DNA of 64,000 bases. Origin: Dimorphilus gyrociliatus. Its lineage: Eukaryota; Animalia; Annelida. A program made the translations under genes and the position numbers. Of this stretch, positions 1 through 11,802 are shown one piece after another. Position 1 is the stretch's first letter. Each line of letters begins with the position of its first letter. The stretch is taken from contig CAJFCJ010000006.1 of the NCBI GenBank assembly GCA_904063045.1, forward strand, positions 2,160,946-2,224,945, given 5' to 3'. A model generated the notes under the pieces. That model saw only the letters and a program-made list of their open reading frames with translations, was not told the DNA's origin and did no database searches.

Positions 1-1063
1 AATAGAGTTTGTATTAAACGTAAACAAATTTATGTAAAATGAAACATTCGACTTTTCATGTTTTGCTGAATTGATTGAAAGTTGTTTGCTATTTGCCTAA
101 AGTCATATTTATAAATTGAAGACTGCTTTTAGAAAGTTCTTAGTTATATAGACGTATAAAATATAGATCGGGCAATCTTCTTTAAAAAGCTTAGATTGTT
201 CGCTAAGCGGTCATTTGCTAAAAAGCTTTTAATATAGGCAGCTTTAAAAAACGTTCTTTCAACAAGACAGTCAAGACTAGAGAGTATTTTGATTTTCTTT
301 TTCTTTTAAAAAAAAAATCAATCTATTTCCATTTACTTTTTCCTTATCATATTGCAAAATGTCATATATCTTCCTTTTTTTATTTCCCCGTTATCAGTAA
401 TAATTTAAAACAATGGAATATGTTACCTTACTTTTTATACCTATAAAGTTGTTAAACCCATCAAAAGGAATAAAATTATAGATATACTATATACGTATAT
501 ACTAGCATACATATAATTTCTAAGAACTTGTATCGTTTCTGAAATATTGAAAAATGATATATCATTAGCTATCTAAATTTATTTTATCTCCCCCCTTCCC
601 AATCCTATGTTTTTGCATTCGATATTTTTTACATTGTTGTTGACTATTGACCCAAAGTTTCCCTAGGTGAACGTTTTTATTGATAAAAAAAATAACAATA
701 ATTACTGCTAAGTGTGAATAGCGACACCTTCCTACATTCTAGTAAGTATTTATTGAATATTCAATTTTTTTTTTGTTTATTGGAATATTATTTTCTTTTT
801 ATATTTATATTTATATTAATATATTACTATATACAGTTTATATCCAATCTTTTATGCAACGTAAACAAATATACATAGTTTTGTTTCCAATGTGAAAGAT
901 GCCAACTAATTATTATAGGGAAAAAAAGTTATACAAAAGAGTTTATCTTCTTTCGTTGTACTCCCTCTATCGGGTAAATAAATCACCCACCTGTCGACCA
1001 TCTTGGCGATATATAATTTCTGCTAATAGACACTGCAAACAAAGCACGAACCGATCGACCGTT

Positions 1064-1077
1064 GCTTCCTTGACAAC
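1064..1077 (+). promoter_or_regulatory. X-box (RFX)-like element upstream of the C3orf84-like gene
   Basis: GCTTCCTTGACAAC has one mismatch to the 14-bp X-box RYYNYYATRRNRAC and lies about 75 nt before the ATG. Confidence 0.35.
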
Positions 1078-1150
1078 CGGCTTTGGCGTATACACAAAAA
1101 AGAACATATTTCCACTTTGTTCTCGCTTTTATGTAAATAATGAACGAATT

Positions 1151-1937
1151 ATGGGTATGAACAAGGTGGACATTGTCGGAACTTGGGTAAGTAGAACCGC
1201 TTTAGCTTAATTTAATTAATACTCTGATCACCTTAATTAACACTAAGTATTCTCTTCAATTTCCTCTCTAGTATCCGACCAGCTTTCATGGCCATGCTCG
1301 GAACAAGACCAGATATGACTTTCAAATTGATTACAGACAAAGAGCCAAACCAGAACCACCTCTGAAGTTTCTTAGTAGGTCTAGACAGAATATTAGTAAG
1401 CATCCATTTTCTCAACACGACAATCGGCATTCGTTTCTCTCCGATGCTTTATACTTTGAAGAGGGACTTGGTCGAAGGAGAATAGATAACTCAACATGTA
1501 AATCTGAGGTAGACTTATTAGATTGGAAACCTGTAAAGACAGACTTTTCAAGGCAGTCATCTGAATATAAGTTTGCTTATTCTGGAAAACCGGTTGTAAA
1601 TCGTTTAGTTAATGATTTAAAGAGACCAAAAACAGCCAACTTTAAACCCTTTTCAACATCTTACTCATCTGTACATGGAAATTGTACTTGGTTTCGCAAT
1701 GAACCTATCAGGAAGCCCAACGACGGTGATACAATAACCAACAGAAGGAGACGAGCTGTATCTGCCCATCCCCATTTAGACACAGTGGCAGCATGCCTAT
1801 CTTGGACTTCGTCCGAATTTGTACCAAAACCTCCGTCGTACAAAAGATGTAGTATACCTGCTGCTACTCAGACAACGATGCCTCCAACCGAAAAAGAACC
1901 GGTATCGCTTGAACCAGCAAAAGCTCGGACAGTTTGA
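1151..1937 (+). CDS. C3orf84: C3orf84-like / HDNR-motif protein, about 233 aa, 2 exons (1151-1186, 1272-1937)
   Basis: Exon 1 MGMNKVDIVGTW is followed by a GTAAGT donor, a CTCTAG acceptor at 1271 and an open frame to TGA at 1935-1937. The translation W-YPTSFHGH...YRQRAKPEPPLKFL...HPFSQHDNRHSF...EEGLGRRR matches the recalled C3orf84/TEX36 pattern (W..GFYGH...AKPQPP..FL...FSKHDNR.SF...GIGRRK). The gene is absent from the ORF track. Confidence 0.8.
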
Positions 1938-2856
1938 AAAACTTGCAAAACATTTTTATTTTTACTTAATAACTCTCTCTCTCTCTCTCTTTCCCTCTCT
2001 CTCCTCCCTATTCGTCTTCCTCTTGCTATACCTTTATCTACTACCATTTCCTATTCTATTTTTGTTTTTTTTTGTTTTGCTTATAAACTATAAACGAATA
2101 GTAATTAATTAATTATTATTGACTATTAATAATATCTAAAATTAGACCAAAAAAAAAAATAAGAGTTTTTTTTTTAAAAAAAAAATATTTTATTTTTGTA
2201 CAGCTTTGACAAATATTTTACAATGGAATTAAGTTAAGAAATATTGATAAATCTCTTTTAATATATTTCTTCTCATTCCTTTCTCTCTCTATATTTATAT
2301 TTTTTTAAAAAAATAATGGTTATAATACTATGTTAACTTTTAGCCTATAAATATAATGATAACAAATCCCTATATAATTATTCCTTTTAAAATACAGTTT
2401 TTAGATCGATTTTAATTGATTGTTCTAAAAATGAATCATTCAGTAGAGTAATTACATCTATTCTTTTATACTTTAAAAGAAAATTTTTCTATGATTAGTT
2501 AAATTGATCTTTGAAGAACTTTGACAAACTTTTTTTTTAATTTCATAATCCAACAAGATTTCTATTGTTAAACTCTTCAATCTGGTGTAATTATTTGTAA
2601 TTTATATAGGTTGATATAAATAGAGTTTAAATATTAAAGAAAACAATACTTTCTTTTTCTCTCTCTTTCTCTGTGACTCGCTTCCTCACACATACATACA
2701 CACACTGTCTATACTTTTATGCAAATATAACATAATTTGCAATACTTTTAATCATAAAAATTGTATTTACAGATATAATAGATCTATATCCGAATATTTG
2801 TTTACAAGTTAAGTTTATACTTCTTTTTTCTATATCAAAATTCATTGGGTGTGTAT

Positions 2857-2881
2857 GAGAGAGAGAGAGAGAGAGAGAGAG
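2857..2881. repeat. (GA)n microsatellite
   Basis: Uninterrupted GA run. Confidence 0.9.
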
Positions 2882-3690
2882 GTAAACTTGTTGTTTTAAT
2901 GAATACTAGATGGCGTTTACCGTGAGAGTGAGCTTATACTTTTTTTTTCTTGTAAATTTGAATAAGGAAAAAGTATACTTTTTTTTGAGCTCTAAAATTA
3001 ATATAATCCATAATTAGATAGTATTTATATTAATCCGTCTAAAAATATATATCTTTTAATAATTAACAAAAAAACAGCTATCTCTTTTTTATTATTAAAA
3101 GTTGCAAAGAGTAGCTAAAAAACAGTAAATTCAATCTATATTGAATTCTATATATAATCTTCATAAATATATATATATATTTATATTGATGATCTCTTAA
3201 ATCCAAACCACATTTATGGACCAATGTGTAATTATCATAATTGTTTGTTTATATACTACCTGTTGTATTATTAATACGTTTAATTAACTTACATATAAAT
3301 TTACTCATAGTTATACCATTCTTCTTTCGTTTCTATAGTATTTTATATATAAAACTATAAATATAGTTTTTAAAATGACAAACTGTAGAATAATTTTCCA
3401 TATTTAAAAATAAATAAATAAAGATATAAAGTAAACAAGATGCAGGATGTTTAGAAAATATTATCCTTATAATAAAGATAAATCGTTAAATCTTATCAAA
3501 GCAGTGATATTGTTGATTTCGATTGGAAATAGTAATAAAATATTGAATTATTGTTGTTATGATTTAATATTTTGTATTTGTCTTTTCAAACATTAATTGT
3601 TTGTTGAGATTTCAATAAAATTGTTTATAATTAACTCACTTTAAAAGTAAAATGTTAAAAATTAAGTTTTGAAAAACGCGCCAATTCTAT

Positions 3691-3729
3691 TGAGCATGCT
3701 CAGTCGGATTCTATAGCAACCGGTTGCTA
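3691..3729. promoter_or_regulatory. Promoter palindromes: TGAGCATGCTCA (NRF1-like) and TAGCAACCGGTTGCTA (RFX half-sites overlapping a Grainyhead site AACCGGTT)
   Basis: Perfect 12-bp (3691-3702) and 16-bp (3714-3729) palindromes lie 60-100 nt upstream of the ATG at 3791. Confidence 0.45.
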
Positions 3730-3790
3730 ACAACATGGCCGATCTGATTTGAAAAAAGGTATTGAAGAGAAAAAATCTTATGGTACAGTC

Positions 3791-4807
3791 ATGTCAGTAA
3801 AAACTAAAAGAGAATGTAAATTTGATAAGGAATTTGACGATCTCTCACGCAGCGTCGATACTTGCATAAACAGTCTACAAAAAAATAAGCAGTACTATGT
3901 TACTCCGGAAATTTGCCGCGAACTCCGCCACCTTAAGAATGGGGTTCAGCATATGCGTTTGGACGATGATCTTTTGAGAAGTTCTAGGGAATGGTGCCAA
4001 AAAAACGATGCCCATAGTTTAGAAATGGAAAGAAAGGTAAGAAAATTTTTAATAGCAGGGTTTTCCACTCACTAATCTCGAACAAAAAGTTTTCTAGGAA
4101 TTATTAAAGAACCTTATTAATTTATTTTCCATTTATATGGTGTTTTGTATTTTATTATTTATAAATAATGTAGAATGTTTTGTTATTTTCAGGGTGCAAA
4201 ATGTTCTTTGAACGTTGCCAAATCGAGATTAGAAGAAACAGGTAGAACGATTGATGTTAATAATTTTTCCAAATTATTGGATGGACAAAGCAGGGAAGCT
4301 CATCATAATACAGTTGGTAGGCTTAGAAACGCTCAAAGGGAAATGGGTCCATTTGCTCATGGTAGCGTTAATAGATTACAAAACTTCTGCGATTTTGTGG
4401 GAGTTACCGATCGGTATCAGAGCTACCGTGGCAACTTGAATTATCAGAGGCCGTCTACTAATCGTCCAATACCTGCTCGCTATCAATACGAGTCACGACA
4501 AACCCAATCAGCTCCGGTACAATGTAGAGTTAAGGAAAGATCGCCGATTAAAGAAAGATCCATTCAGGAGCAGTGTGGAATTAATACACTCTTTCCGGGA
4601 ATATCCGAATACGCTGAACGCTACATAAAACCACGAGAGAAAGAATCAACTGATTTTGAAATAAACCCGTCACCAGACTTTTCAAGAACTGGAAGGAGAA
4701 TTGCCACTCTTCGCTACGTTCCTGGAACTTCTGAATATCAAACAAAGTACATTTGGCCGGATGGCAGTACACTAAAAAGTGCCCCCTGGATAGCGGAAGC
4801 CTATTAG
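3791..4807 (+). CDS. Uncharacterised protein, about 286 aa, with two C-terminal PGxSEYxxxY repeats (possible ciliary microtubule-inner protein); 2 exons (3791-4036, 4193-4807)
   Basis: Two long ORFs are joined in phase 0 by AAG|GTAAGA and TTTCAG. The repeats FPGISEYAERYIKP and VPGTSEYQTKYIWP resemble SAXO/MDM1-type motifs. The start codon is uncertain. Confidence 0.7.
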
Positions 4808-5190
4808 TTGAAGCTCATTAAAATTCTACACAAGTAGTATAAATGATTTATTAGCGAATTGGAGGAGTACAAAAAAAAAGTATTATGAGTGTCAAAGTTG
4901 ATTAATCAAGTAAACATTTTTTATCATATTATTTAATGATTTGGGGCTGATTAACGTTGTTATGGTGACTGCAAATGAAAAAAATATCAAAATTGATACA
5001 AAAAATGGAAAGAAAGTTTAAATTTTTTCTTTTTCTCCCCCTTCCCCCACTTCCTTCCCACCTTTCCTTTTTTCTCTCTCTCTCTTACTTTCTCTTTTAT
5101 AAGGCTTTTTTTCAAAAGAAAACTTTGAAAAAACTCTCTGCTCTCCTCTCTATAGTCAATCTAAAAGTGCTGTTCAAACACTTTTCAAGA

Positions 5191-5195
<5 letters not shown>

Positions 5196-5229
<34 letters not shown>
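5196..5229. repeat. (CT)n microsatellite
   Basis: Uninterrupted TC/CT run. Confidence 0.9.
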
Positions 5230-5231
<2 letters not shown>

Positions 5232-6155
5232 ACTTAATGACATGCTCAATAAAAACTCAAATTATTTCATCTTGTTTGAATATTTTTACAGATAAAAAAT
5301 ATAGCCAGGTAGTAGCTTATCAGTTTTAGATAATAGATAGATTAGACTATATAATTTATTATTTAAATTAGGATAATTCATTCGATAAGCTCGTAAAAAG
5401 AATTGATATAATCAATAATAAATAAAACATACATGTTCCATTTTCACAATTAATATTAACATATTATTTTATAAGTGAAGATTTTCTTTATCTATTCAAG
5501 AAAAAAAAGACTCCTCGGACATTTTTAAGTATTCTGCAAACAACCATTTTTACTTGAATCTTTTGAATAAGAATTTCAGCAAATATTCAACAAGATCTAA
5601 TACAAAGGAATATTAATTTTATTGAATTTTTTAGTTGTACGCAAAAAAACAACCCGATATCTCTATATTCCTAATGTTTATAGGCAATTTTTATATATAA
5701 TCTATTTATTTTGTTTGTGGAGATCACTTAAGTCTGACACATATAATTTAAACAATATAAGAGCAACAGAGAGAAATAAGAAAAATATAGGTTATTCTAT
5801 CTTATTTTAAGTATTCCTTTTCAATTATCCACTATATACAATAGTTTTATGTTTACATTGTAACTAGGACAACATGTTTGTACCTAAACATCTAGGGTTA
5901 TATGCATAAAATATATAAATCAAAAGATTTCAACAAGAATCTTATTATAAATTCAAAAATTGGAAGTGAAAAGAGGTCAAAAAAACGAGATAAATAAATA
6001 TGATAGCTGAAAAGTGTTAATTATCATTAATTCACTTATTTAAATAATTAAAAAATTTTTATAAACAACTTAAAAACGAAAGTGAAACTTATTATAATAC
6101 AAAATCTACAATATGAAGAAAATTGGTTTAATAATGAAATAGTTATGTTAAAAAT

Positions 6156-8795
6156 TTAGTTTTCGTTGTTGATCTTATTATTCTGGCTACTTTTCATTGA
6201 TAAAATAAGAATTGTTAATGATATAAAAACCATTAGCACGAGCACAAAGTAACTTCCTGCAAGATAGAAAAGAAATTAGACAAATGTATTATCTCTCTCT
6301 CTCTCTTTCTTTGGATATTACCTATTCTTATCCTTGTAAATATCAAGCATTCGCCACCCTTCTTGGAATTTCTCTTTCCTTGCCTTAATCTCTTCAAGTC
6401 TCCTATTAAGTCACCATAATCACCTACGCTACTCTTCCCCTAATCAATAAATAATTTGTTAATTTAATTAAATAGTTATTAATAGACTATTTTTATTCAT
6501 TAATACATAATAGTTAAATTGTCTCAAAGATAATCCTAAAACTTCTCTTTTAATCCGTTTTTTGAATTGAGTATTAAGGGTTCTACTATCTTTAATGGAG
6601 ACAGTCCAATTGAATTTTTGCGTACCATAAGTTAATTGAAAATTGTATCGACCTATACTACTTGTATTAGGCTTAAGAAAGATTTTAATATAGTATCTAT
6701 TAGCGAATTTCTCTTCCAATAAAATAAAATAACTCTCCAAATCAATAATATTCTGAAAAAGAAAGAACAGTTTTTCCCGATCTTAATAAAAAAATGATGA
6801 TCATTCTCTTTCTTCAATTACCAACGTCATTCAAAAGAATTAAATAAGAAACGTTGAATGGAGGTAATATTCTATCGAGAAGAAAATTAACTTCTAATAC
6901 AGGCCTATAAATATCTATTGGTGTAATACTATTCGATAGATTTTTCGTTATCACAGGTTTATCTAAAGGGGAAGGAAGGGAATAATATATGTATTAAGGA
7001 GTTTAATAATGATTTTTCTTCTTCTTATACCAAGAACAAATAAGAAGGCTGAATCAAAGTCAAAAGAGTCATTGTTCGAACTGTCGCATTGTATCGATTT
7101 AAACGCCTTGTTCATTCTATTAATTTTCAGTAAAATCTCTTTCTCATTATCTCGTCTTCTCTTAATTGATTGGCTAATTTCCTCATTTTTAATCGTATCA
7201 ATTATTTGTCCGTTCAATCTCCACCTACAAGTAATAGAAGGTTGACCTCTACAGCGGCAAATAGCATTGAATTCATCATCAACAAATGAAAATTTTGATT
7301 TCAATAGCAGATTGACTTTTGATTTTTCGTTTAAACGAAAGTAGAACTTTCTAGCTATTACCTTTCCCGAATAATTTAGGGAGCAAGAATAGTTTAATAA
7401 GTGTTTAAGAGAGAAATTATCTACAGTTAAAGAAAATAGCACAATAAACGCATTAGAAATATGTACATAGGTGGCGTTTTAATAAAAGAAGTAAAAATTC
7501 TTGCCTATTCTCAGATAATAAGCAATAGTTGATTCTTGCGGAGTTTTTATAAAAGGGTATGAAGAATTTTTAAAAGGTTGTCCATCAATCTTCCAATCAA
7601 CGTTGATCCTTAGCGATTAATTAGATAATATAATAGGGTATTGTGACGATTGTTTGATAAAAAAAGATTGAATCTAACCTTATATTAGGAATACAAACTA
7701 TAAAGACTGATTGACCTAATGTAACATTCTGAATTGTTGTGGTAAACTTTGGAACTACTATATCGACGTTTTCCTCTCTCTTTTCCTCATTTCCCCATTC
7801 AAGATCTTTCGATTCAACTATTCTCCATTGATTTTCAGTTGATCTAACAGCGATAAGAAGACGCGTAGCGTCTGTTCGCTTCGGTTGTATAAAATAACCA
7901 TTTCCGGCTAAATCATATAAATCACATTAATAGTGCCAATCAATCTTTTTAACATGTGAGTAAAAGAAAAAAATACGCTTACTCCAAGGGTCAAAAGCGA
8001 AACCTAATTTGCTTTGAATGCGCCTTTCGTTCAAAATGGATATAGGCCTATTGTTTCTCCCAGATATAAAACTTTTAGTATCCAAGTAAAAATATCGATA
8101 GAAGCATGTTGCATGGCATTTCCAGTATAATGTTAATCTATTGAATTTGCCAGGTAGGATTGTAACTCTTTGAATTTGTTTTACAACAACACCCGGTGTT
8201 CCTATTTAATTATATAATTAAAATGCCAAAGTAAGAAATACTTAAAATTTTCATACGTTAAAGTTATAATCTCTTTGCTGTGAGAGTAATTAATTTTAAT
8301 CTATTGAAATAACTCACCGATATATGCTAATTCTAAGGATCTGGAAAATCCAATACCGCAAAGCGTTTGTGAACTACAGAGGTAAAAGCTGTTACCCCGA
8401 GTTGACAAAGGGACGCTTATTGTCTCGTTTTTATGTCCGTAAGAGTACTTATTCTCTTTGTTATATAAAGTTGACGGTGATGAGTTGCCGTCCAGTAATT
8501 CGGTTAAAAAACCTGAATCCCACCTATACCACTTGAAACTAGTGAAAAGAAGAAGGAGTTTTTAATTAAATTCTGATAGTGTAGCCCTATTTACTCAATT
8601 CCCCAATTAGATATAGGACAAGGAATAAGATGATGTATGCAGGATAAATTAACTCTATTCTCTTTACTTAATATTAACTTTCCATCAATGTCTAAGCCTA
8701 TATTTTACGAAATATATAATAAATTGTAAAAACATAAGAAATTATTAATTGATTTTACAAGAATTAATTAAAATAACGATGAATATTAATATCAT
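6156..8795 (-). CDS. Type I membrane protein, about 622 aa: signal peptide, Ig, FN3-like, three Ig-like domains, TM and a tail of about 15 aa; 11 exons
   Basis: Exons: 8795-8759, 8697-8595, 8538-8318, 8201-7983, 7907-7679, 7608-7505, 7420-7031, 6962-6826, 6752-6543, 6439-6322, 6256-6156. Phases are consistent, using one GC donor at 7504 and one weak GTTGGT donor at 6825. Ig hallmarks: NLSC...FKWY...FYLC; VFIVC...VDWKIDG...LRIDN...YSC; CRGQPSITCRWRLNG...IQC. The TM is YFVLVLMVFISLTILILSM. Confidence 0.75.
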
Positions 8796-9065
8796 ATTTG
8801 GAGTGTGTAATCTCTCTTTTCTCTATCTTTCTATCGTCGAAGCCAAGATACTATACATTTTTTTTAAGTAATTTTTTGAATAAATATATCGATTGAATTA
8901 AATTTAAATAGATCACGTACATAGGCCTATTAAGTTTAATTTTTCATATTTTTAAACTAATGATTTTATAATTTAATTATTAATTGAACGGAGACAACTG
9001 AGCGTATAGTTATCATTAAAGCGTACTTTGTATACTCTCAAAAATTCGAAAAGAATCGAAGGAGG

Positions 9066-9234
9066 GCGTCACGTGTACACAAGCTGACGTCTACAGATGT
9101 ACATCAAGCTGTTTACATATGCGTTTAGTCATCACCGATTTACTATATAAAGGTTCCTCCAGGTTTTATTAGGCGTAAGTTGACGGAAGAATTCAGACTG
9201 GAACGGAAGTCGTCATTTATTTCTCTGCATTGAG
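9066..9234 (+). promoter_or_regulatory. Probable transketolase promoter and non-coding first exon (E-box, CRE half-site, TATA box, ETS motifs)
   Basis: CACGTG at 9070, TGACGT at 9085, TATATAAA at 9144-9151, CGGAAG twice, and a GAG|GTATTA donor at 9235. An acceptor (TATTCAG, 11798) sits 4 nt before the TKT ATG. Confidence 0.45.
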
Positions 9235-9713
9235 GTATTATAGTCTGTAATAAGCTATCAAATGCTTACTTTCTATTAATCATTTATATTACTCTCTAAG
9301 GAATATATATGTATATACAATACTCATATCACGCAAAACATTTAAAGCATTTTAAAAGGATTTATCAATGAAATATTGCGAAAACTGATGCGTTCATCTC
9401 TTTTGAATAGAAACTCTAAAATCAAATGGAAAGCTTTTTAAACCAAATCGTAACTTGATTTTTCGTCCAGTGATATTTTGATTGTTGCTCAGATAGTTTA
9501 TTTGAATTTTGACTAACTATCTACGCTCAATCAAAATCTGAACTGAGCGAATATTCAACAGCAACCCTTTATCAGTCAATACCAACCAACAGGATTGGAC
9601 GGACGCAATATAATTATATTAACATATGTTATACTATCATAATGACTAATTATCATATACATATCTAATTTATTTATATGTTGTTTGTAGTCCTATGTAA
9701 ATAAAATTTGAAT

Positions 9714-9761
9714 TATATATATATATATATATATACAGTATATATATATATATATATATAT
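9714..9761. repeat. Interrupted (TA)n microsatellite; similar runs occur at about 30246, 30350, 46100 and 59347
   Basis: TA run with one CAG interruption. Confidence 0.85.
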
Positions 9762-11802
9762 TGTATATAAGCATTACATTGACTCGTCTCTTTACATAAC
9801 ATTTTTAATCAATTTCATAAAATTTGCAATGAATAAAGAAAAGAAAAGAGCAAAATATAAAAAAAAACTACATCCTATATGTAAGTCTTTCTTCTTTATA
9901 TTGTTTAATATTATAACAACACAAAAAATTGATAAACTTTTAAAATTAAAGGTAAATATTTACAAACAAAATAAACTCTTAAAAAGTTTTAATAAAGAAA
10001 TTTTAACTATCAAACATTGAATTATTATAAAAAAATAATAAAGAGGAATAAAGTACTACTAAAAATAGATTAGAATAATATTGTTTTTGTAATAAGGTAA
10101 TTTGTATACGTTTCTTTATATACTTTCAAGTAGGAAGAGGGATGGATTATACAGTATATATACTGTATAAAATAAATTCAAAGGTTGAGATTATGAGATT
10201 TTAACTTTAGATATGTTATTTAAGCAAATATGATCATGAATATCCACTGTATACACAAGTATATAAACTTTAAAAAAATCATTGGACGACATCTGCAGCC
10301 TTTAGCCTGAAAGAGCACGCTTGGTACCACATATTTTTATAAGTATGGTAACGACTTTAACACTCAAGCAGATTAGGTAGGACTAATCTTCAACGACAGA
10401 TGTTAATCCTATAAATCGATATTTCCAATTCCGAAAAAAATAAAAGTACTATTCAAAGGTCAACTCAATCAATCTTATAATATAAATAAAGTTATACGAT
10501 TGTCTTCACCTCTTACAAAAGCCTACTTTTCGGACAATAAATCAGAATTCTTGTAAATGCTTCTTGTATTTAGAAAGTATCTAAAACATAGATCTATCAA
10601 ACATTTCAACGTATTACATTCTAAGAAAACATCGGTTGTACTTGATCTAGATAAATTACAATATGGGACATACCAGTTCTAATTCTTTGACATCCCAAAT
10701 GTTTCCCATTAGTCGATTACAATAGAGAGTTGAATGAAGTAGTTCAGAGAAGACATGTATTGCATAGAGAAGTGTATCTTCAATTACTAAATATTTCAAA
10801 TTGTGTATAACATTACTATTTCTAAGAAAAATGAATAATTAGATAGTTAAAAACCTGTATTTACAACTACAAATATAAACGATCATTATGTTTCTATAAT
10901 TGGTGAATATTTACTAAAACTACAAAATACATGTTAATAATAGACTTAAATTAGCCTCTACAAATATTAAAGTGTATATAATAAGTACTTTAAATACTTA
11001 TATACTTGTATAACCTCTCATATTTCTAAATATTCGATTCTCATTAGCATAAACCAAAGATTAACTTGTTCATTTTTTAATCAAACAAGCAGTGCCATCT
11101 CTTGAATAAAAATTGAATTAAATTTACAACAAATATAGTATCTAAGCTGTTCAATAGGATCGATATATCTTAGCATAAATTTCAAACAATAATTGCCAAT
11201 TCATAATGACTATTTGTATCACGATTATTGTCGTATAAGACAAAGTCATGCATCCATCAGCCTATATAAGAATAAATAGATATAAAAAAAAATCTAAATA
11301 TGTATACTAATGTAATTCGTAGAATTGATAGACTAGAATTATTGAAATGTACTGATTAAATCAATGTATTTCTCTACGATAAAACATAATATAGAACAGT
11401 GCCTTATCTAAGGATAAATTCTTTATTAATTATTGGAAAATCAGTAAATCTTTATAAAGAGATTATCAATAAATAGTATATTTTTTGCACTTGTCTTAAT
11501 CAATGTAAAGACATTTTTAATTCTTATTTTGTGCAATTAGTTTTCTAATAAGATTTTTTTTTGTTTTAATTAAATAGGTCAAAAGAAATCTTTAATTTAT
11601 AGTAACAATGAATAGACGGTGAACCAGAGGTGAAATATAGGGATGTAGTAAAGAGAGAATGGTATAAATTGCTATTTAGTCAGCGGATCGTAGCCACATA
11701 TTTTCCCCTATATTGTAGGACTATTACAATTGGCCGTTAGATGTCACTGTCATAAATTGGTAGCAAAATATCAGCTTGTTCATTCATTCTCTATTCAGAA
11801 AG

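Noticed and set aside
1-1005. Possible minus-strand gene starting ATG GTC GAC AG|GTGGGT near 1000, with open stretches at about 180-290 and 640-740
   Set aside because: I could not assemble a phase-consistent model or recognise a protein family. It remains possible but is unsupported.
899-1210. 103-aa ORF in the track
   Set aside because: Only its last codons (MGMNKVDIVGTW) belong to the spliced C3orf84-like gene. The rest is upstream or intronic sequence.
4593-4601. Other TTCNNNGAA matches (TTCCGGGAA here, TTCCTGGAA near 61702)
   Set aside because: They lie inside coding exons and are expected by chance.
10270-10790. Slightly GC-elevated stretches in the putative TKT first intron, including an open minus-strand segment of about 50 codons
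   Set aside because: Neighbouring candidate exons hit stops in all frames, and there are no transposase or other recognisable motifs.
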